In this document: in pieces, positions 9,592-17,161 of the stretch
Numbering within the stretch: the stretch's first letter is position 1
How the letters are laid out: each line of letters begins with the position of its first letter
From: Eubacteriales bacterium
GTDB lineage: Bacteria; Bacillota; Clostridia; Oscillospirales; CAG-382
Length of the DNA stretch: 64,000 nucleotides
NCBI GenBank assembly: GCA_045631825.1
Contig: JAZQVQ010000121.1
Coordinates: forward strand, 1,129 to 65,128
Reading direction: 5' to 3'
The notes under the pieces: generated by a model
The model's database searches: none
What the model was told of the DNA's origin: nothing
Seen by the model: the letters and a program-made list of their open reading frames with translations, nothing else
Program-made: the position numbers and the translations under genes

Positions 9592-9966
9592 TTACTTCGA
9601 AATCTCATCGAACGTGAGTTGATTGGCTAATGTTTTTTGCGCAAAAGTTTCCCAACTCGAGTCGTCGCCCCCTAATTCTGCAATTCTCAAAAGTTCTTCT
9701 TGTGTATAAGGGGTGTACCACGAGGTGCAAATGGATGAAAATCTCCTCGTGGTACAAGCAGTCAGCGTTGAACAGAGAAGTAGGAGGATTACCGCTGACT
9801 TGCTTTTCTTTTTCACCTCCTCGGTGAGTTCCTTCAAACTTTTTGCGTTATTCTTTTTTGCGATGTGAATTACCTCGGCCGAACTTTCGACTTCTTTTTG
9901 TTGTCCGCTTTTACGACCCAGAAAAAAAGCCAAAATTGAAACGAGTGCGATTAAAACGTATTCCAT
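9592..9966 (-). CDS. spanin-like protein (N-terminal TMD plus internal lipoprotein-type signal and lipobox)
   Basis: 124 aa. N-terminal TMD YVLIALVSILAFFLG. Internal KKKSKSAVILLLLCSTLTAC resembles an n-region, h-region and L-T-A-C lipobox. It sits directly downstream of the endolysin candidate. Confidence 0.45.
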   Translation of the reverse strand: MEYVLIALVSILAFFLGRKSGQQKEVESSAEVIHIAKKNNAKSLKELTEEVKKKSKSAVILLLLCSTLTACTTRRFSSICTSWYTPYTQEELLRIAELGGDDSSWETFAQKTLANQLTFDEISK

Positions 9967-9967
9967 A

Positions 9968-10384
9968 TCACAACCCCGCTAACAACATTCCACCACGGAT
10001 TTCTTCCTCGGCGTAAGGTTGAATTCCGTTTTCGTGTAAAATAATGGCGCTTATTAACAGATACATCACATCCGGCTGTAACGCATTGATGGGTTCGATG
10101 GGGCCAACGCCCAGTTTTTGTGAGACGTGTCGGATGTAATAATCCGTTTCATTTTCTACGGGTGGTGCGTACCGATTTATGATACCTTGGATTGTGTTTA
10201 TCCCGTAGAGTTTGTTATAATTCATAAGAATTTTACATAAAGCCCGTATACCGTATTTTGCCGAAATGAAAACACAGAAGGCTTTGTCTAACTCATTTGA
10301 GTAGGGATGTAACCCTTCCCAATTTTCCCCGTGACGAATGTTTCCGGGGTTACAGTTTCTAATTCCACGTGGGGTTTTTTTCAT
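9968..10384 (-). CDS. putative endolysin / peptidoglycan hydrolase
   Basis: 138 aa. It has the N-terminal RNCNPGNIR motif that I recall from phage lysozyme-like proteins. The call rests mainly on its position next to membrane proteins. Confidence 0.45.
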   Translation of the reverse strand: MKKTPRGIRNCNPGNIRHGENWEGLHPYSNELDKAFCVFISAKYGIRALCKILMNYNKLYGINTIQGIINRYAPPVENETDYYIRHVSQKLGVGPIEPINALQPDVMYLLISAIILHENGIQPYAEEEIRGGMLLAGL

Positions 10385-10440
10385 ATATCCTCCTTCTATG
10401 GGTTATCCTAAAAATAAGATAACCCATACGGTAGGATTTG

Positions 10441-10926
10441 TCAAGACAAATAGTCCTTTTTATTTTGAAAATACCATTTGGCTTTTCCGGGTTTTGTGAA
10501 ATCTTTATCGTTTAAAAAGTCTTTTGCTAATTCGATATAAGTTTCAACACCCCAACCGGAATGGTAGTAATCGCTATACACCATATTCAGGACAACGAAC
10601 CAGTCATAACAACGGAAGTTTTTACCTTCGAGATTGACACCAAATTTATGGGCCGCTTCTTTGGTTTGTTCGTACGTCCAATGGGGTCCACGTGTTCCGT
10701 CTGAATTGACAAAACCGGCCACGATTTCGTGCGCTTCTTCCTCGCTGATGTAAGGAGATAAGGCTTCGTGAACCTCTGCTAACATTTCCTCCACTTCGTG
10801 TGGATGGTGTGTGCGCATATCTTCCACAAAATTGGACATAATACACAGTGCATCTTCCATAGCCACATTAGAGGCCGTGTCCAGATGGTGATTGAATATT
10901 TCCTTTAGGGTTTTCTTGTTTTCCAT
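10441..10926 (-). CDS. hypothetical protein
   Basis: 161-aa ORF in the late operon, acidic and His-rich. No motif recognised. Confidence 0.55.
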   Translation of the reverse strand: MENKKTLKEIFNHHLDTASNVAMEDALCIMSNFVEDMRTHHPHEVEEMLAEVHEALSPYISEEEAHEIVAGFVNSDGTRGPHWTYEQTKEAAHKFGVNLEGKNFRCYDWFVVLNMVYSDYYHSGWGVETYIELAKDFLNDKDFTKPGKAKWYFQNKKDYLS

Positions 10927-11425
10927 TAAAATTCTCCTGTGTTAATTTTAAATCGTTATTTATTTGTTTTATAATTTTCTTGGCGGTGTTCCGTCCTTCT
11001 TTTGTATAGATGAACCACCCCAAGGCTAAATCTGCTATAAGTTGCAAGCGTCCGAACATATTTCCTCCTAGGAAGGTTCGACGGGGACGAATCCTCCGCG
11101 GGGTTTGTGCCTTGCACGGCGTGTTCAAAACAAGCACGTGGTTAGCCGTTCCGTTACCCATATACCCGACGTAGGTTACCCCACGTTGTAAGGTGTTGGA
11201 GTAAACGGGGTTTCCGAATTTATCCCACAACGCAACTTGAGCCGTCGCACCTGCTACGGTCATATTGACTACGACCGGCAGAGGTTCTGTTGCTGGGTTC
11301 ACGATTTGTGGGCTTATCACGAAACAAATTTTCCGTGTGTTCGAAAACGTAGGAAGATTTGACGGGGTTAGCACGAGATTTGTTCCGTCCACTACGGCTG
11401 TAATCAAACAATATTTTCTCGTCAT
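10868..11425 (-). CDS. hypothetical protein (with strong in-frame internal start at 11059)
   Basis: 185-aa ORF. An in-frame ATG at 11059 is preceded by AGGAGG (11069-11064). Confidence 0.5.
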   Translation of the reverse strand: MTRKYCLITAVVDGTNLVLTPSNLPTFSNTRKICFVISPQIVNPATEPLPVVVNMTVAGATAQVALWDKFGNPVYSNTLQRGVTYVGYMGNGTANHVLVLNTPCKAQTPRRIRPRRTFLGGNMFGRLQLIADLALGWFIYTKEGRNTAKKIIKQINNDLKLTQENFNGKQENPKGNIQSPSGHGL

Positions 11426-11443
11426 AGTATTCCCTCCTTCAAA

Positions 11444-12010
11444 CTATAAAGTCCCACACGGACTGCAAGAACCGCAAGAACCGAAACCGTTGAGGTTGGA
11501 GATACCCAAACCATTGATAACGGCAGAGTTCGGGCAAACAGCGGCCACACCACTTAAAGCAGGTTTCGGCAACATATTGCAACGAACGTCAGCGATAGCA
11601 GACGAAATTGGCGCTAATTGTTCTTTGACGAACAACTGATTTTGCAATTCGGCAACCTTCATTTGAGATTTGCTTAATTCGTCACGCAAACCTTGGTAGG
11701 CGTAGAAGTCAATCTTGGCCTGTGTTGCGTTAGAAGTTGCAGCAATCAATTCACGAGTTGTCGCAGCCTGTTGTTCTACCAAATACTGCGTTGTAGCCGT
11801 ATTTGCGATGTTTTGTTTTTGTGCCTCACAGATGGCTTTATAATCTTCAAAACCGTAACCGTTTACACCACCGTCAAAGAAACCGGCGTTTCCATAAGCA
11901 CGGTTCGGGCCGAAACCCATTCCGCCACTCCAGAAGACGGCAAACAGTATGATTAAGAAAATTACAAGACCCCAGTTAGAGGATGTTAAAGATGAAGTAT
12001 TATCACCCAT
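11444..12010 (-). CDS. membrane-anchored hypothetical protein, Cys-rich C-terminus
   Basis: 188 aa. N-terminal TMD WGLVIFLIILFAVFW, Gly-rich linker, coiled region, C-terminal GFGSCGSCSPCGTL. Confidence 0.6.
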   Translation of the reverse strand: MGDNTSSLTSSNWGLVIFLIILFAVFWSGGMGFGPNRAYGNAGFFDGGVNGYGFEDYKAICEAQKQNIANTATTQYLVEQQAATTRELIAATSNATQAKIDFYAYQGLRDELSKSQMKVAELQNQLFVKEQLAPISSAIADVRCNMLPKPALSGVAAVCPNSAVINGLGISNLNGFGSCGSCSPCGTL

Positions 12011-12026
12011 AGTTTTTCTCCTTTTG

Positions 12027-12386
12027 TTATGAGACTCGTTTTAATTTTTCAAGGGTTTTTTGTAACTCTTGAAGTTCCGACCCCTGCGGAGTCCCGTTCG
12101 TTGGGGTCGGAGGTGTAGCCTGCAACTGCTCTAGCATTGCTTTTGTTTCGGCAACGTCGAGTCCGAGCGGTTTGAGAACCGAACCGGCCAGAGGGTTAGC
12201 AAGCAATCCCTGCAATTTGTTTATAACTGCGGGGGACACGTTTGCTTTTTTCAACGCATCTTGTGGCGAGGACGATGAGGACATAATTTGAGATGCCACA
12301 TCATAGGCTTGACTTAACGCTTGGCTCTTTCCTTGTCCCAGAAACTTGTTGGCAAACGTCATTAGTAGATTTTTGTTTATCGACAT
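12027..12386 (-). CDS. hypothetical protein
   Basis: ATG at 12386 is preceded by GGGAGA. The track ORF extends to 12407. Confidence 0.5.
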   Translation of the reverse strand: MSINKNLLMTFANKFLGQGKSQALSQAYDVASQIMSSSSSPQDALKKANVSPAVINKLQGLLANPLAGSVLKPLGLDVAETKAMLEQLQATPPTPTNGTPQGSELQELQKTLEKLKRVS

Positions 12387-12663
12387 TTTTATTCTCCCGT
12401 TGTTCAATTTTGATTATTTTCTCATTGAGCGATGTTACTGTTGACACAAGCGTTTGGATGGTGCTTTGTAATTCAGCATTTATCTCCTCGGCAGTTTTAG
12501 GCCGAGTTAATATTTTATGCTCGTAAAGCACTTCTTCAAACTTTTTGGCTGTGTCGATTGCTTTCTGGTGTTCGTCCATCACGACTCCCACCTGTTGGTT
12601 TACTTGGTTGAAGATTTTTCCATTCTGGATATATCCCCAAAATAACCCTTGATTTGTTTCCAT
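12301..12663 (-). CDS. hypothetical coiled-coil protein
   Basis: ATG at 12663 is preceded by GGAG at a 7-nt spacing. The 3' end overlaps the next ORF by 86 nt. Confidence 0.5.
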   Translation of the reverse strand: METNQGLFWGYIQNGKIFNQVNQQVGVVMDEHQKAIDTAKKFEEVLYEHKILTRPKTAEEINAELQSTIQTLVSTVTSLNEKIIKIEQRENKNVDKQKSTNDVCQQVSGTRKEPSVKSSL

Positions 12664-12729
12664 AGTTCGACTCCTTTTCTTATGGCTACAATTCGACAAT
12701 AACCCGAATGCGTTAGAAAGTGAAGTTGC

Positions 12730-12746
12730 GAATCGGGTGCGAAAAA
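12730..12746 (+). promoter_or_regulatory. operator-like direct repeat, copy 1 (GAATCGGGTGCGAAAAA)
   Basis: The 13-nt core GAATCGGGTGCGA recurs at 12806, and the two copies bracket the promoter at 12757-12785. Confidence 0.45.
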
Positions 12747-12756
12747 GACGTGTGTG

Positions 12757-12785
12757 TTGACAACGTTGGGGTAATGTGCTAAAGT
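12757..12785 (+). promoter_or_regulatory. sigma70-type promoter with extended -10
   Basis: TTGACA (12757-12762), 17-nt spacer ending in TGC, TAAAGT (12780-12785). Confidence 0.55.
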
Positions 12786-12805
12786 GGATTCGTTAAAACG
12801 CATAG

Positions 12806-12823
12806 AATCGGGTGCGATAAAAC
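12806..12823 (+). promoter_or_regulatory. operator-like direct repeat, copy 2 (GAATCGGGTGCGATAAAA)
   Basis: Same core as 12730-12746, located just downstream of the predicted transcription start. Confidence 0.45.
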
Positions 12824-12845
12824 ACCCTAGTTTAGGGACAAAAGG

Positions 12846-13157
12846 ATGACCCTAAATGATTTCAATCCTTCAATTCATCAGACATTGGAGATTGATATGT
12901 CTATACCTTTAACAGAAAGAAATAAATTAGCAACAGATTTAGAGAAAATGTGTTTACCCGGTTTAATTGAATTATGCGATTCGGCAGGTCTTACGAGAGC
13001 GCAGAAAAGCGTAGTGATAGAGCGTTGTAACCGTGGCGTAAGTGTCGAGCAGTGTGTCGATAATCTCGGTATGTGTGAGACGTGTGTAAAGAAATTTTAC
13101 CGCATTGGTTTGGAAAGACTTTACGATTACAAAATATATCTTGCAAAAAGGAAGTAA
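12846..13157 (+). CDS. sigma-70 region-4-like / HTH transcription regulator candidate
   Basis: LTRAQKSVVIERCNRGVSVEQCVDNLGMCETCVKKFYRIGLERL resembles a region-4-type HTH. An alternative start at 12897 has GGAG upstream. Confidence 0.45.
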   Translation: MTLNDFNPSIHQTLEIDMSIPLTERNKLATDLEKMCLPGLIELCDSAGLTRAQKSVVIERCNRGVSVEQCVDNLGMCETCVKKFYRIGLERLYDYKIYLAKRK

Positions 13158-13207
13158 ATATGTTAAAAAGAAAGAGTAACCGATTACATCACGGAGGGAA
13201 AAGTATT

Positions 13208-13498
13208 ATGGATTCTATTACAGGAGTCTGGGAAGCAATTATAGCATTAGCCGGTGGTTTGTTTGTTATGGCACCCTATGTGTACACGAGGGCGAGTCGC
13301 AAGGAATTAAAAGAATCTGAAGAAAAGATGGCAACGAAATTGCAGTTACGTGAATTCAAAGAAGACGTAATGCGTTATTTTGATGACAGATGGGGTTCTT
13401 TATCTCAACGAATGGACGACCGATTCGATGCAGTCATTGAGTTGATAAAAGCCAAGCACGCAAACGATTCGAACGATTCAAGGCGAAAAAGACGTTAA
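13208..13498 (+). CDS. single-TMD membrane protein
   Basis: ATG at 13208 is preceded by GGAGGG. TMD VWEAIIALAGGLFVMAPYVY, then a charged helical tail. The track ORF starts earlier, at 13082. Confidence 0.5.
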   Translation: MDSITGVWEAIIALAGGLFVMAPYVYTRASRKELKESEEKMATKLQLREFKEDVMRYFDDRWGSLSQRMDDRFDAVIELIKAKHANDSNDSRRKRR

Positions 13499-13503
13499 AA
13501 ATA

Positions 13504-13544
13504 CCCTCCCGTATTCGCTGTGCTTTTGCCTTTAGCGGGGAGGG
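13504..13544. terminator. convergent-gene hairpin (terminator candidate)
   Basis: CCCTCCCG / CGGGGAGGG arms between the stops at 13498 (+) and 13553 (-). The loop is long and the T-runs are weak. Confidence 0.35.
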
Positions 13545-13552
13545 CTTAATCT

Positions 13553-14089
13553 CTATTCTTCAGGGTACGGATAACGATTCGCAATGTCTTCCGAACGGCG
13601 TTTAACTTCTGCGATATAGTTCGCTTCATCTTCTTCCGTCCAAGTGCCTAGAATTGTTTTTCTGTCTTTTTGTGCGTGTAAAACGTCAATCTCTTTAATG
13701 TATGCTTGTTCACGCAAGGTAGAGATTTCTTCACGAGTTGGTGCAGGTTTTTCTACCACCTCATTGTCAATAATGACAAGAGTTCCATTGTTTAATCCTT
13801 CAACTTCTTCATCTGACAAAATCTTTTCAACTGAATCAAGCGTTTCAATTTCTTGCATACTGCCGTCAATAATAGTAAATTTCCCTCTATTATCATCAAC
13901 TAATTTCCAAGCCGAACCGTCAAAAATAACCGCTTTCCCGTCTTCTTTATCAAGAGGTTTTTCAAATGTAGCATTTGCAGGCAACAAATAAACATCTTCG
14001 CCTTTTAACTGTGTTTCAAGTGGGTCAATAAAGGCTTCTTCTTCTCTTAAAAATTCTTTTGTTTCTTCGTCGTAAATATAAACTAACAT
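13553..14089 (-). CDS. tail fibre assembly protein (Tfa-like)
   Basis: 178 aa immediately downstream of the collar-domain fibre. The N-terminal pattern (YIYDEETKEF ... LPANATFEKP ... FDGSAWKLVDDNRG) is typical of Tfa chaperones. Confidence 0.65.
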   Translation of the reverse strand: MLVYIYDEETKEFLREEEAFIDPLETQLKGEDVYLLPANATFEKPLDKEDGKAVIFDGSAWKLVDDNRGKFTIIDGSMQEIETLDSVEKILSDEEVEGLNNGTLVIIDNEVVEKPAPTREEISTLREQAYIKEIDVLHAQKDRKTILGTWTEEDEANYIAEVKRRSEDIANRYPYPEE

Positions 14090-14101
14090 TTTTAAACCTC
14101 C

Positions 14102-16012
14102 TTAATACTTAATGTAATACCGCATTGTGAGTGCTGGTGGTTGAACGGTTGTGCTTGCACCATAAATTGCGTTTGAACGGGAAGCATCCATATGTAAATT
14201 ACCGCAATAATAAATACCATTACCCTCGCCGTTTCTTACTCCAGCATCGTTATACAAACACCCCGTGCTTGTTGGGGATTCCGTTGTATAATACTCAACG
14301 CTATCTATCCGACCATAAATGTTCGGCAATCCTGCGGCTTTGCTTGTCCCTGCTGTTCCACTACCTTGAATGAATTTATCTGTCAAATTCGGCAAGTTAA
14401 AAGTCGTTGAGCCGTTACCCGTTCCGTATGTTGTCCCAATCTTTGCGAATAAAGCGGCGTATGTCGTACGGGAAACAGCCGAACCATTACAAATTAAATA
14501 ACCGCTAGGGGCTGAGTTTGCAGCATAGGCAATAACAGTCCCAACTGGTGTTATAACTTCTTTCCCGTCCCAAGTCAAAGTGCCACCACTACTCAATACG
14601 AGAGCTTTTGCCCCGTTTGTTGGGTCGCTTGCTGCAATATTCAATTCAACAGTTCCGTTGCTTTTAAGCTTAGGTTGCATATAAGAAACGCGTACACCGC
14701 TTTTATCGAAGAACGGAACAGATGCCATATGCCAAGTGTCTTCCGAAGGACTTAATGCTGTTTGAGTATCTTTTAAAGTTATGCTACCAGCTACAACTCC
14801 ACCAGCACTCGTGATAACGTCTTTCCCGTTCCAAGTCAACGTGCCTGTGAAGTTCTTATTCCCACCAATATCTTGGTCGCCATAACTTAACACAGCATCA
14901 TTATAATCAACTGCGTGGAATGGGTTCTTAGAGTTGAATGAGGTTATTCGATTGCTTCCGTCTGTGCTATATGTAGCAAATACTAAATCATTACGAACAT
15001 CCCCGGAGTGAGTTTTAATTAAATTGTTTTCATCATCATAAATGTAATTAGAGTCATAATTAAAAAATTGTGCGTTTTCATAAATACCAATTTTATAATC
15101 TGTTACGTTTGTTCCAACATCGGTTCTTGTTAGAACTTTAGTTAAACTTATTTCTATATTCTTCAAACTTCCATCGGCCTTTCTACCGTTCGGAATAAGT
15201 CCTTTAACACCAGGTAAAGCAAATACTGTAGAACCGATATAACCAAAGCCGTTGAAGACTTGGTCGATGGATGTGATACCGTTTGCACCACTTACTGAAA
15301 CAACGCCTAGTGGAAACGTACAATCATAAACCAGTATTCCTTCAGTGCCTTCTATTTTTCGCACCTTATTGTTTGCTGTATCATACCAAACTTGCCACGT
15401 ACCAGATGGTACAGTTAACCCTGATGAGAAGCTTTCTTTTTTAAGCATACCAATATACGAACCATCTGACCTTAAATATATAATTCCTTTTCCTTGAATA
15501 TTTGTGGAAGTTATATTTTTATCAGCAGTTACCGTCAACACATCAAACTTCCCAGCACCATTCGGAACATAAACTTTCGAACCAGCCTTTAAGGTCAACG
15601 TCCCATTGTTCAATTCCAGTTTAATATCCTGCGGTATATACGTTAGGCAGTTGGTGATTTGAGTTTTGTCCAAAGAATTGTTCTTAACATCGTTCAGCTC
15701 TTTCTTTGTTGCCACAGAACGGAACGTCCAAACGACAGAACCGTCGGTACGTGTAGCGCCGTCAGTAACAGTCCCACTCGTATCTAATTGCCCGACAGCA
15801 CTCGTCCCAGCCGTCGTACACTCTAATAAAAAGTCACCGTGATACTCGCAGAAACATTTGTCACTAACCTTGTAAGCCGTACTACCCTTACGAATACCGA
15901 CCTGACTCCTTTCAATCTTGTCGGCATTCAAAGCGTCAACCATATCGTTGACTTTTTCGTATAAAGCACCGTCCGCTAAATCCGTCTTCGTGATTTTATT
16001 GTAAGAACTCAT
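14102..16012 (-). CDS. tail fibre protein with C-terminal phage tail-collar domain
   Basis: 636 aa. The C-terminus GTVIAYAANSAPSGYLICNGSAVSRTTYAALFAKIGTTYGTGNGSTTFNLPNLTDKFIQG matches the tail-collar motif. Confidence 0.8.
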   Translation of the reverse strand: MSSYNKITKTDLADGALYEKVNDMVDALNADKIERSQVGIRKGSTAYKVSDKCFCEYHGDFLLECTTAGTSAVGQLDTSGTVTDGATRTDGSVVWTFRSVATKKELNDVKNNSLDKTQITNCLTYIPQDIKLELNNGTLTLKAGSKVYVPNGAGKFDVLTVTADKNITSTNIQGKGIIYLRSDGSYIGMLKKESFSSGLTVPSGTWQVWYDTANNKVRKIEGTEGILVYDCTFPLGVVSVSGANGITSIDQVFNGFGYIGSTVFALPGVKGLIPNGRKADGSLKNIEISLTKVLTRTDVGTNVTDYKIGIYENAQFFNYDSNYIYDDENNLIKTHSGDVRNDLVFATYSTDGSNRITSFNSKNPFHAVDYNDAVLSYGDQDIGGNKNFTGTLTWNGKDVITSAGGVVAGSITLKDTQTALSPSEDTWHMASVPFFDKSGVRVSYMQPKLKSNGTVELNIAASDPTNGAKALVLSSGGTLTWDGKEVITPVGTVIAYAANSAPSGYLICNGSAVSRTTYAALFAKIGTTYGTGNGSTTFNLPNLTDKFIQGSGTAGTSKAAGLPNIYGRIDSVEYYTTESPTSTGCLYNDAGVRNGEGNGIYYCGNLHMDASRSNAIYGASTTVQPPALTMRYYIKY

Positions 16013-16023
16013 AACACTCTCCT

Positions 16024-16713
16024 CTAATAACCATCAACCAACCAGTCTATAGTACCATTAACATATACAGATGAATTTGTCAACGATAATAAACCAACCG
16101 TGAAACTATCTAACCCACTTTCTGTGACAACGATGTTGCAAGGTTCACTCGCCTCGACTAAAGAACACAACACCTTCGTCTCCTTGTAAAACTTCTTCTT
16201 CAACTTCACAGTCGAAGTACCTTCACCTAAACGCAACGTACCCTTCTCTATCGTATCCGGAACGTCTATGTGTAAAGTACTACCTATGATTCCGAATCGA
16301 CCCTCCACCGGAGGTAACGACATCTGAACACCTACGATTGCGTTCTTGTATTCATACTCGCCGGGTATCAACGGTCTTAACGGGCTGTAATTCAAAGGTG
16401 TATCGCTGTTCAAATAATCGGAAACACCTTCCTCACCAACCGTATAATTTTCTAATTCAACATCATACAAAATTAAAGCACCCGACTCCTCTTCGCCGTC
16501 GGAAAATTCCACAAAACCCTCGTTTATCGTCCGCTTAATCTTTCGAGTCGAAGTCTCCCCAACGCTAATAGCCTCGCCGTCTTTCACTAAAACGGTTTTG
16601 TTTTTACCCCAAGAATAATAATCTTCTTGTAACTCAACGTCCCCAGAGACAAGTTCTAATTCTTTGAGGTCTTCATACGTATAAGGGTCTTTATTTCGTA
16701 TGATTTCTGTCAT
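16024..16713 (-). CDS. hypothetical tail-associated protein
   Basis: 229-aa ORF between the J-like gene and the fibre gene. The call is positional only. Confidence 0.5.
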   Translation of the reverse strand: MTEIIRNKDPYTYEDLKELELVSGDVELQEDYYSWGKNKTVLVKDGEAISVGETSTRKIKRTINEGFVEFSDGEEESGALILYDVELENYTVGEEGVSDYLNSDTPLNYSPLRPLIPGEYEYKNAIVGVQMSLPPVEGRFGIIGSTLHIDVPDTIEKGTLRLGEGTSTVKLKKKFYKETKVLCSLVEASEPCNIVVTESGLDSFTVGLLSLTNSSVYVNGTIDWLVDGY

Positions 16714-16717
16714 CTAT

Positions 16718-17161
16718 CTACACCGTAAAAGTAAATTCCTGTGTATATTCGTCGTCAGCGCCAATCTCAATGCTCGGTGAAAACAACACTCGGTCAAACA
16801 TAACCCCACCTACATCGGAGTTAAACACACCGCCCTCTGTTATCACACCGGAAACGCCACCCTTTGCATACGTCGTTTTCACGCTAAAAGAATTACCATT
16901 GCCGTCATAAGTAAACGTCCCCGCCTTACGACTAGATTCGTTCACTAACTTCGTCATAGTCGGTGTCGTAGCACCCGTACCCTTGCCGATTGCAACCCAA
17001 CCCAATGGGTTTGGACGATTCGAACCCGTCATAATAAGGGATTTGATGATGAAGTCTTTACCGACGTTCACAATCATATTAGAGTTTTCCACAACATCAA
17101 CCTTGCCGTTGGAACGCTTTATGATGGCCCGACCGACACCTTTTAATTTAATATTACTCAT
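16718..17161 (-). CDS. hypothetical tail-associated structural protein
   Basis: ATG at 17161 is preceded by GGAGG. It lies directly downstream of the J-like gene and looks beta-rich. Confidence 0.5.
   Translation of the reverse strand: MSNIKLKGVGRAIIKRSNGKVDVVENSNMIVNVGKDFIIKSLIMTGSNRPNPLGWVAIGKGTGATTPTMTKLVNESSRKAGTFTYDGNGNSFSVKTTYAKGGVSGVITEGGVFNSDVGGVMFDRVLFSPSIEIGADDEYTQEFTFTV

Noticed and set aside
7001-16012. Diversity-generating retroelement or other targeted hypervariation in the fibre genes
   Set aside because: No reverse transcriptase is present, and I could see no template/variable repeat pair. The shared N-termini of 7001..8497 and 8497..9321 are ordinary paralogous anchor domains.
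16985-17010. GGTTCGAATC-like string suggestive of a tRNA T-arm
   Set aside because: It lies inside a well-supported minus-strand CDS. The flanks do not form T-stem, acceptor or anticodon arms. I found no tRNA cloverleaf anywhere in the window.
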